Position numbers and translations under genes: made by a program. The notes beneath the pieces are model-generated. The model was not told the DNA's origin, did not search any database, and saw nothing but the letters and a program-made list of their open reading frames with translations. Below are positions 48,668 through 58,713 of a stretch of DNA of 58,713 bases, piece by piece. Position 1 is the first letter of the stretch, and every line of letters starts with the position of its first letter. This DNA is from Reclinomonas americana ATCC 50394 (lineage: Eukaryota): the NCBI GenBank assembly GCA_048213135.1, contig PS015330.1:5568-64280 (forward strand), given 5' to 3'.

Positions 48668-51534
48668 TTAGTTGTGGCGCTGGGCAGAGAACTGCTGAAT
48701 GAGATCGACCCTGCGCGTGCGCAGCTGTTAGCGACGGCGAGAGATGCATACACGCAAAATGTCGTGGCACGTACCAGTCTTGGATGGAGAAGTTGGCGCT
48801 GAGGACCTTGACGCCGTTGAGGTAGTACGTCGGGGTGCCGACCACGCCACGGGAGGCGGACAGCTTGAACTCGGCGCGGGTCTGCATCATGCAAAGGAGG
48901 AGAGGATGTGAGCGACAAATAGAGCACAGAGCGAAGACAGATTCGAAGAGAGTAAAAGAAACGACACTAAGAGCTGCCAGTAGGACAACGACCAGTTGTT
49001 TCTCTGCTCAGCTTACAGCAGCTCGCCGCTTTATTGAAAGTAATCAACAACTCGTCTCCCAGCTGCGACAAGATCTCTTCCTCGCCCGCAGTCTGTCTCT
49101 ACCTTCCTCACTAAATAACAAAACAGGCAAGTGCAATCGAGAACTTCTCACTCACTTCCCCTTGCTTTCTCACTTCACTTTCTCTCTCATATCACAATTC
49201 TCTTTCCTTTCACGGCGCTTCTCTCTTTCCGTCTCACCCCTACTCCTGTCATTTCCTCTCTTCCCTTCTCCAGTCATTCCCCTTCCCCACTCTTCCCTTC
49301 TCCCTCCTTCTCTTTCCTTTCACGTCCCTTCTCGCTTTCCCCTCTGTTCCCTTCTCCAGCGCCCCCTTTCTCCTCTCCTGTTCTTCCCCCTCCTCTCGCC
49401 TTCCCCTCTCTTCCCTTCTTCCTTTCCCTCTCTTCCCTACCCCTGTCCTTCCCCTCTCCCTCTCTCCTGTCTTCCTCCTGTTCCTTTCCCCTTCCTCTCT
49501 CTCTTTCCCTCTCTTCCCTTCTCCTGTCCTTCCCCTTCCCCTCCTCCTTCCTTTCACATCCCTTCTCCATTTCCCTCTTTTCACTTCCCCTTCCCCGCCC
49601 GCTTTCCCTCTCTTCCCCTCTCTTCCCTTCTCCTGTCCTTCCCTTCCCTTTTCCCTCTCTTCCTCTCCCCTTCCCTTCCCCTTTCCTTTTCCCTCTCCCC
49701 CCTTCCCCTCTTCCCACTCACCGCCAAATCCGTGGACCGCTTGTTGTACTCGGTCATAAAATCGTTGTACGACACCAGGTTCTGCGCCACGATTCCGAGC
49801 GCGCGCACCACCTCTGTCTCCGTCTTGTTCACGGCGCCGGCACTGCGACCATGGTCACGATGAGTAAGTGAAGAAGACAACATCACACGTGTGGAAATTC
49901 AACGCAACAGGAACGAGTCCTGTGAGTAGTAAATCAGCTCGGCAAAGTTGAAGAAGGAGCCGTGGCTCAGGTTCTCGACGGCGGTGGCTGCGCAAAGGCA
50001 AATAAGTGAGGATGAAGCGAGGAGAGGGGGAAAGGAGTGGGAAGAGCAACACAAACCAGCACGCGCGGCGAAGAATGCGTTGTGGTGGTACGGCAGCGGG
50101 AACGAGTGCCAGACAAAGTACAGCTGCGCGAGCGGCAGTCAGTCGCGGCGTGCGTGGTGGCATGGAAGAGAGGAATGCACACACCTGGTCCTTGGTGAAC
50201 TGCGCCAGCACCTTGGAGATCACGTTGTTCCAGTCGTCCTTGGTGTCTGTGGCGATGTGGTGAAGGGAGGGATGAGTGGGCGAAAGGAGAAATGCCAACT
50301 GAGGGAAATGCACAGCGAGAGTGAGTGTCCGGCAAGTCCAAGAGAACAACGAGTGCAACCACCGAGAGCCAAGAGACAAGGACGATAAGAGACCGAGTAA
50401 AGAACACGGCCAGACTGCAAACAGACGCTGAGCGACGAGAGAAAACAACAACGCGGAGTCAAGTGACGAAACACATGCTGCAAACAGAGCTCAGATGCAG
50501 ACGCAGGGCGACGAGAGAATACTACAACGCGCAGTCAAGCGACACAACGCATGCTGCAAACAGAGCTCAGACACAGACGCCGAGCAACGAGAGAAAACAA
50601 CAACGCGTATCCAAGTGACGGACACAACACAGGCTGCAAACATGCAGACGCTGAGCAACGAGAGAAACAACAACGCGGAGTCAAGCGAGCAGACACGCAG
50701 TGGCTGCAAACAGAGCTCAGATGCAGACGCCGAGCGACGAGAGAAACAACAGCGCGGAGTCAAGCGACAGAACACAAGCTGCAAACAGAACTCAGATGGA
50801 GGCGACGAGAGAAAACAACAACGCGGGACAGAACACACGCTGCAACCAGAGCTCAGATGCAGATGCCGAGCGACGAGAGAAAACAACAACGCGGAGTCAA
50901 GTGACGGAACACAGGCTGCAAACAGAGCTCAGAAGCAGACGCCGAGCGACGAGAGAAAACAACAACGCGGAGTCAAGTGACGAAACACAGGCTATAAACG
51001 GAGCACAGATGTAGACGCAAAGTACAACAAGAGTCAGAGTGAGAGAGCCTGTAGTCAGTCCAAGACGGAAACATGAACGTTCTCCGACGTGGCAATCGCC
51101 CGGAGTCACAAGTGAGCTGGATAGAATGTACCACCAATCAACTGCTCCCTCCCCCCTCTTCCCCCCATGTCTCCCTTTCCTTCTTCCTCCCCCTCTTCCC
51201 TCACACAGACGAACGAGCGTTGACCCCCACTCCCACTTTGACTGCTGCACATTTTCCGGACAACCTGTCTCTCACACACACGCACCAATGCACAACAAGT
51301 CGCCAAACATCTCCAGCTTCACAGGTGCCGCCGGGTTGCCAATGGCGTACCCTGAGTGACACACACACACATGAGTCTCTTCTTCCCCTCTTCACTCCTC
51401 TATCCCGTTGACAGACCGTTGAAACCCGGAATGGGCTGCTGATTGGGATCGAGCGTGACAGCACCGACCGTCACCACCACCATCATGGTCGCGCACAGTG
51501 CGCACAGCAGAGTCAACAGCGACGAGCGCGGCAT
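48668..51534 (-). CDS. Secreted thioredoxin-fold / DsbA-like protein, 8 exons
   Basis: Signal peptide, then GYAIGNPAAPVKLEMFGDLLCIDTKDDW, WHSFPLPYHHNAFFAA, and RGVVGTPTYYLNG (cis-Pro loop). Stop TAA at 48668-48670. Confidence 0.85.
50410..51010. repeat. Intronic minisatellite, unit about 60-70 bp (GCAAACAGAGCTCAGATGCAGACGCCGAGCGACGAGAGAAAACAACAACGCGGAGTCAAG)
   Basis: About nine tandem copies, similar along their whole length. Confidence 0.9.
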
Positions 51535-51863
51535 GCTTCTCTCTCCACTCAAAAGATTGACTTTTCAACGACGTCCTCCCAACACTCTCCGACGATTTGT
51601 CCTTCTCCCTCCCCGCACGCTGGAGGCCATCACGCACCAGCAGTGTGATGCTCCGACCGCTGCCATAAACATTGGAAGAACGTTGCTTCCCATTTCCTCT
51701 CTTTCTCCCTCTTCCCCCCTCTCTGGATTGTTTGGGTTTGTCGTTTACTTTTGCCATGACCCCGGGATAACCAAAAGAGAGATAGAGAAAGAGAGAGAGC
51801 CAGGCGGTGAGCACAAAGACCCGCCGCCTGCAAGATTAAGGGCGACGCTCCGGTGCCGTTTCT

Positions 51864-52817
51864 TTACACCTTGTTCCCTGCGATGAAGAAAGGAGGAGAT
51901 GTGAGATATAGAGGCTACGGGCTTCCCCGCAACGCAATAAAACGCAACAGGCGACAATGTCCATCGACTGCACCAGCTCGTCGTTCGCCATGATGGCATC
52001 CTCCAGGTCGTCACTGCAATGGCAAGAACAAAGTCAGCCACCAATCATCTCCCTTTCTCCCCCCTCTCAAACGCACCCAGAGACGAGGTCGTCGATGATG
52101 GTGCACAGAATCTGGAGCTTCTTCACGCCGAACGCGACGTCGACAAACTTGTCTGCAATTCCATTCTCATGTCAGCCACTCCTTTCCCTGCTTCCCCACC
52201 CTTCCCTCGAGACGCAACGAGCACCCCACGTGAGGCCCTCCATGTTGATGGCGCGGATGGCACCGGCGAGGTCGTCGAGGTTGGTCTCCGCATCCCACGG
52301 CTTGATGTCCATCAGAATGCTCGACTTGCCCACGGGGCCGACCTTGGCCGTCTGGGCGGCCTTGGCAGCGGCAATGGCGCTGACCGGGTTCTCCGCCGGC
52401 GCATCGTCGCCATCGTCGGCAAAGGGATCAAAGTCGTCGTCGTCGGCGGCGGCAGCGGCCGGCTTGGGAGCAGCCGAGCCAGAGGCGGCGCTGGCCTTGC
52501 CCTGCACCGTCACAGCGGACTTCTCCGCCGGGAACTTGGCGCGGTCGCCGGCCGAGAACGAGTTGATGTGGTTCAACCAGCGAGCCACGTTCGGGTAGCG
52601 CTGAGCGTCGACATTGGCGCCGACAAACGCCAGCAGCTTGACGTCGGCCTGAGTCGGGTGGAAGCTGCGAAGAGGGGGGAAAGAGGGGAAAGGGTGAGGG
52701 AGGGGGATAAAGGAGAAGGGTGAGGGTGGGGGAATGTACGCACCCCTCCACGTATGAGGAGGTCAGCAGGAAGGCGTCGAGGGCCTCCAGGGTGTTGATG
52801 GTGATGGTGAAGCTCAT
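51864..52817 (-). CDS. EEF1B: Translation elongation factor 1-beta (eEF1B guanine-nucleotide exchange subunit), 5 coding exons; probable 5'UTR intron about 52826-54086
   Basis: LDAFLLTSSYVEGFHPTQADV, YPNVARWLNHI, DDDDFDPF, KSSILMDIKPWDAETNL, EGLTWGAHKFVDVAFGVKKLQI, VQSMDIVAWNKV stop. Confidence 0.96.
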
Positions 52818-53342
52818 GATGATGGCTGTGGAACAAGGGAGAGGTGAGAGGGGGCGAAGGGGGGTAAAGGGGGAAGGGAGAGGGGAGAGGGCAGAGGGAG
52901 AAGGAGAGGGAGAAGGGAGGGGAAGGGAGAGGGGGAAGGAGAGGGAGAGGGAGAGGGAGAAGGAGAGGGAGAGGGAGGAGCACGAGAATAGATGGCACAG
53001 AGAGAGATTGGGAGAGCGTGTGTGTGTGACAAAGAAAGGCACAGGTGCAGAAGAAGAAAGGGACGTAAGGGGACAAGCAAGAGAGAGAGAGAGAGAGAGA
53101 GGGAAAGGAAAAGGAGAAGGGGGAAAGAAGAGGGGAGAGTGAGAGTGAGGGTTAGGGGGGAAAACGAGGGGAAGGAACAGCGTTAGAGAAACGAGAGACT
53201 CCAAGCAACGAGACAGGAGAGAAAGGGACATAAGTGGACCAAAGAGAGACAAAGAGTGCGTGAGAAGGACAAGGGGAGAGTGCACACACAAATAATGGTT
53301 GGAGAGAGAGAGAGAGAGAGAGNNNNNNNNNNNNNNNNNNNN

Positions 53343-53380
<38 letters not shown>

Positions 53381-54245
53381 CAAGAGCACGAGAGGGAGAG
53401 AGCACGCTGCAGGTAATGGGGTCATGAGAATAAACTGAGCAAAGTGAGGCAACATGGCGGACCAAGGAGAGAGGCAAAGGCACAAATATACACACAGGAG
53501 AGAGCAAGGGGCAAGAGTGGACGAGAGAGAGGGACACGACAAGATGCAGAACTGTTGGATGAGGTCACGAAAACAAACAAATTGAGCAAGAAAGGCAAGA
53601 GAGTGCGTGGGGAGGAGAGGCTAAGGTACACACTTACACACTAACGGCGGAGAGCGAGGGACAGGAGCAAGAGAGGGGACGGGAAGATGCAGAACGGCTG
53701 GATGAGGTCATGAGAACAACTTGAGCAAGAAAGGAGAGCGTGAGAAGGAGGGATAAAGGGACGCACACAAATATACACACAGGAGAGAGTGGGGGACAAG
53801 AGCGAGTGGGAGAGAGAGAGGAGGAGTGGGCGGTGCATGCCCACTGACATTGCGCAAAGACCGCACCCGGAAAAAGAACACATGCAGACAACACACGCAC
53901 ACGCAAGCAGCATCTCACTCATCACACACACAAGAATGAGTGGCACACGAGTGGCACATGCCCGACAAGAGATGCAAAGAAAAAGTGGCACGCGTGGACA
54001 TGGTCGCTGCATGGAACATGCAACACACACACAACAACAAACACACACACAGCACACAAAAAACGCCTGTGCCACACGACACTCACCTAAAAACGAGGGG
54101 TGTTAAGGATAACGGGTGGGGATAACGGGGGGGTTGGCAAGCCCGCGACGAAGGTTGAAAGTGAGTGAGATGGACAAATGGCGCGCGCGCGAGCCGTTTC
54201 CCGCGTGTCGTGTTGGTGGTTTGCCATTCACGCAGCGAAAACATA

Positions 54246-54837
54246 ATGAGTGGCCTCAATGTGAAGCTGATGAAGCAGGAGATTACCTGTCCTATTTGGT
54301 GAGGAGAAGGGGAAAGTGAAGAGGGGAAGAGGAGGAGTGTGCTCATTTTTTTGTGTGTGTGTGTGTGCAGCCTTGAGTTGTTTACTGGTGAGTGGGAGAG
54401 GGAGGTGAAGGGAGGAGAGGAGGAGGGAGAGGGTGGAGAGTGCGAGAATGCAGACGATTTGGTTTGTGTTGTGAGTGAGAGAAAAAGAAAGAAAGACACA
54501 CGCGCACGCACATACACATATATACACACAAGCGCACTTACACAGAGGTGTGTGTGTGTGTGGAGAGAGGAGGGGTGAGATTTGTGTGTGTGAATGCATT
54601 CGTTGTGTAGTGTGTTGTGTGTGATTGTGCGTGAAGGAGAGAGAGAGAGAGAAAGAGGAGGAGAGTGAGTGAGAGAATGCATGTGCAGATTGTGTGTGTG
54701 TGAGAGAGAGAGAGAGAGAGCAAAGGTGTGAATGAATATGTGTGCGTGTGTTTGAGAGAGAGGAGCGAGACGGCATCTTGCGAAACGTGTGTCAGAATGC
54801 ATGAGGAAGAGGGAGACACACACGCGCACACACTCAC

Positions 54838-54876
<39 letters not shown>

Positions 54877-55059
54877 GAGAGTAGAGAGACGAGTAGAGAG
54901 AGAGTAGGAGGTAAGGAGGACGACGAGAGTAGTAGTAAGTAAGTAGTAGTAGTCGGTCGGGTAGGAAGGAAGAAGGAACGTNNNNNNNNNNNNNNNNNNN
55001 NACGAACGACGAACGAACGGAAGGACGAACGAACGACGACGACAGACGACGACGACGAC

Positions 55060-55113
<54 letters not shown>

Positions 55114-57771
55114 GTGAGAGCATGAGAGAGATGGAGCGAGTGAGGGAGACGACGAGAATGATAAAGATTGAATGTGCGGGTGAAGAGAGATACCACATTT
55201 CTCTGCTTGCACGTGCACGCCAACCCTTGTTGCTTGCACTGTGCAGACCCTGTGACAACGCCGTGCGAGCATACCTTTTGTAAGTTGCGTGCTTTGGTTT
55301 GATGGCGTGCATCGAACTTGCAGTATTTTGTGTTCCGTCGCTCTGCTCGCTCTCATCGCTCTGTTCCCCCTTGTTGCTCTTGCGTCGCTCCTGCTCCCTC
55401 TATCGCTCTGCCCCCCTCGTCGCTCTGCTCCCTCGTCGCCCTTCTCCCTCGTCGCTCCTGCTCCCTCGTCGCTCCTGCTCCCTCGTCGCTCCTGCTCCCT
55501 CGTCGCTCCTGCTCCCTCGTCGCTCCTGCTCCCTCGTCGCTCCTGCTCCCTCGTCGCTCTGCTCCCTCGTTGCTCTGCTCCCTCGTCGCTCTGCTCCCTC
55601 CCATCGCTCTGCTCCCTCTTGTCGCCCCGCTCCCTGAATCACTCTGCTCCCACGTCGCTCTGCTCCCTCTTGTCGCTCTGCTCCCTGCATCACTCTGCTC
55701 CCTCTATCGCTCTGCTCCCTCTATCGCTGTGCTCCCTCATTGCTCTGCTCCCTCTTGTCGCCCTTCTCCCTCGTCGCCCTGCTCCCTCTTGTCGCTCTGC
55801 TCCCCCTCGTCGCCCCGCTCCCTGCATCACTTTGCTCCCTCTGTCGCCCTGCTCCCACGTCGCTCTGCTCTCCCTCGTCGCTCTGCTCCCTCTTGTCGCT
55901 CTGCTCCCTCTCGTCGCTCTGCTCCCTCTCGTCGCTCTGCTCCCCCTCGTCGCTCTGCTCCCCCTCGTCCCTCTGCTCCCCTCGTCGCTCTGCTCCCTCT
56001 CGTCGCTCTGCTCCCTCTCGTCGCTCTGCTCCCTCTCGTCGCTCTGCTCCCTCTTGTCGCTCTGCTCCCTCGTCGCTCTTCTCCCTCTTGTCGCTCTGCT
56101 CCCTCTCGTCGCTCTGCTCCCCCTCGTCGCTCTGCTCCCTCTTGTCGCTCTGCTCCCTCTTGTCGCTCTGCTCCCTCTTGTCGCTCTGCTCCCTCTTGTC
56201 GCTCTGCTCCCTCGTCGCTCTTGCTCCTCTCGTCATTCTGCTCCATTTCATACTCATCCTCCGCATTCCCGCTTTTCCAGTCAGTGCATCCTCCGGTCGC
56301 TCCAGGACAGAGACCGCTGCCCGACATGCAAGCAGCCAGTGTGGAAGAGGTACTGCGAACTTCAATGACCCTCTCTCCTTCCCGATCTCCCTCTGCTCTC
56401 CTTCCCACTCACTTCCGCTCGCAGATCGCTGCTGAAGGCACGCACAGTGGCCAACATTGTCGAGCTGCTCAAGGCCTCCGGAACCATGCTGTCGCAGCAA
56501 GTCGAAGGTGTTTTTGTATCCCGTCTTCTTCTCCTTCTCCCCCTCGCCTTCCACTCACCCTCGCTACACAGCTCCACGTGCTCCTCCCATTCATTCAGGA
56601 GCTGCTGCCGCTGCTGCTGCCGCCGCCGCCGCCGCCGCTGGTGCGACCACCAACTCTCTCGGACTGAGTCTGTCGTCCGATGAAGACGAGGGTGCTGTCG
56701 GGAGGCGTTCATTGAATCGCGCACGAGTTGCGTCTCGCGTCTCCACTTCCCCGTCTTCCCCCTTTTTATCACTCACCTCATCTCGCTGCTCAGTTCCGCA
56801 TGCGACCCGTCAAGCCCGTGAACACGCCAAGCCCTGGCCAAACCACACGATCCGCATTCGGATCACCCGCGACAGCCTCGTCCCCCAATCCACCACCTCC
56901 GCCTCCTCCTCCTCCTCCTCCACCGCCTGCTGCGCCGCCGGCACTCGCCTCACCACGCCTCAAACCAACCAAGCAGATGCCGAGCACGCGACAATTGCGT
57001 CCGCGCTCTGCGACAAGTGGCCGGTCGTCCACGGACAGCGTCTCTGCCGGCGGTGGTGATGGCGGCGGTGGCCGCGGCGGCGGCGAGAAGCGACGAGCGT
57101 CGGCACCGGCGCAGCCTGCACCTCCACGCAAGCGACGCAAGCGTGCCAGCGACGTTGCGTCGGCGCGCAGCCTCGGCAGTCACGAGGGCATGGACGCGGA
57201 GAGCGTCGAGTCGGCCGACGAGAGTGAGACAACGACCACGGCCACACGCGAGGCGCTGGCCGACAATGCGGAGCAGGTGGCCGTCATCGAGGCGCAGCTG
57301 CAGTCGCTGATGAAGCAGCGCGAGGACGTCAATGCGCGGATCGCCAAGTTCGAGGTCGACCAGGACACGCTGGCGGCGCTCACTCGCCGGTTACAGGTCG
57401 GCCATCACTTGACGCGAAGCATGCTGGCCGAGACGCACAAGAAGGGTACGTGCTATTCCATACATCAGGCAATGACGACGACAAACGTACTCATTCCACC
57501 CCAGCAGCGGCGGCAGCATCACGCGTGCGCCCGCAAGTGCGTGTCGACGAGCGCGGCAAGGTGCGCTTTGTGGTCGCCGCCACCTCGATCACCCCCGATG
57601 CGTGGGAGCACAGCAAGACGGTGGTGGCGCATCTGGGTGGCGAGTGTCGTGACGAGTGGGATTCGACGGTGACGCATTTGGTGTGCAAGCGTGCCGAGGG
57701 CAACACCGCCAATTGCACGTTCAAGTTCATGGCCGCGTGTGTCAATGATGCGTGGATTGTTTCGGAAGCAT
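54246..57771 (+). CDS. BRCA1/BARD1-like protein: N-terminal C3HC4 RING plus BRCT domain; 3' end outside the window
   Basis: Spliced RING MKQEITCPICLELFTDPVTTPCEHTFCNQCI..CPTCKQPV (uses the 17-nt exon 54371-54387). A Pro-rich and coiled-coil linker follows, then BRCT HLGGE..WDSTVTHLVC..CTFKFMAACVNDAWIVSEA. Confidence 0.8.
55335..56225. repeat. Intronic minisatellite, 16-18 bp unit GCTCTGCTCCCTCTCGTC
   Basis: Dozens of tandem copies. It explains the repetitive LLPLVA/SLCS ORFs in the track. Confidence 0.92.
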
Positions 57772-57814
57772 GTGCGTCGAGGGAAAGGGGTAGAAGGGTG
57801 GGGAGGGGAAGGGA

Positions 57815-58497
57815 AGGAAAGGGGAAGGGATATTGGATTGAAGGAGGAGAGGATTGAGGAAGAGGGGATAGAAGAAGACGGATTGAAGGAGGAGAGACTG
57901 AGGAGGAGGGGCTAGAGAATGAGGGAGGAAGGGACAGTGAGGATGAGAGATTGAGGATTGACTGAATATTGAAGGAGGAGAAGACGTCGTGTGTCAGTGT
58001 GATGAAGTGAAAGGAAGGGATGTTGGATTCTAGGAGGAGATATTGACTGAGGCGAGATTGAGTAAGACGGATTGAAGGAGGAGGGGATTGAGGAAGAGGG
58101 GATAGAAGAAGAAGAGGGATTGAAGGAGGAGAGACTGAGGAGGAGGGGCTGAAGAGTGAGGGAGTAAGGGGCAGTGAGGATGAGTGATTGAAGATTGGCT
58201 GAATAATGAAGGAGGAGAAGACGTCGTGTGTCAGTGTGATGAAGTGAAAGGAAGGAAAGGGGAAGGGATATTGGATTGAAGGAGGAGATATTGGTTGAGG
58301 TGAGATTGAGTAAGACGGATTGAAGGAGGTGGGGATTGAGGAAGAGGGGATAGAAGAAGAAGAGGGATTGAAGGAGGAGAGACTGAGGAGGAGGGGCTAA
58401 AGAATGAGGGAGGAAGGCGCAGTGAGGATGAGGGATTGAGATTGGCTGAATAATGAAGGAGGAGAAGACGTCGTGTGCCAGTATGATGATGTGAAAG
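57815..58497. repeat. Intronic purine-rich tandem repeat, about 3 copies of about 240 bp
   Basis: GAAGGAGGAGAAGACGTCGTGTG recurs at about 57971, 58208 and 58455. Confidence 0.8.
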
Positions 58498-58512
58498 ACT
58501 TCGAGTTGTTAC

Positions 58513-58598
<86 letters not shown>

Positions 58599-58713
58599 AG
58601 AGAGAGAAGAAGAAGAGAGAGAGTAGAGAGTAGTAGTTAGGTTGGGTCGGTCGTCGTCGTCGTCGGTCGGTCGGTTGGTCGTCGTACGTAACGACCGTAG
58701 TAGAGTAGTAGAG

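Overview
Draft, gap-rich genomic window of an intron-rich microbial eukaryote (species not identifiable from the sequence). Introns are inflated by CT/GA microsatellites and minisatellites, so most entries in the six-frame ORF track are artefacts. Joining exons by hand across GT-AG sites gives ten genes in order: VPS50/syndetin (+, 5' partial); a type II membrane DxD glycosyltransferase of GT34/MNN10 type (-); a MORN-repeat + PH protein (+); ribokinase (+); a STAND/NLR-type gene with Ubl-like + HEPN + NACHT + pentapeptide + 12 near-identical WD40 repeats (+), bracketed by two oppositely oriented restriction-like-endonuclease (RLE) non-LTR retrotransposon fragments; an ELMO-domain protein (+) with a U12-type AT-AC intron; a secreted GH5 + Fn3-like glycoside hydrolase (-); a secreted DsbA/thioredoxin-fold protein (-); eEF1B-beta (-); and a BRCA1/BARD1-like RING-BRCT gene (+, 3' partial). 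Two things stand out. (1) A candidate innate-immune receptor couples a putative HEPN RNase to a NACHT ATPase and a HET-E-like hypervariable WD40 sensor. (2) About one fifth of the introns I could model use a +1-shifted donor, GTTGCG/GTTACG, and always after an exon that does not end in G. All gene models are manual and lack transcript support.
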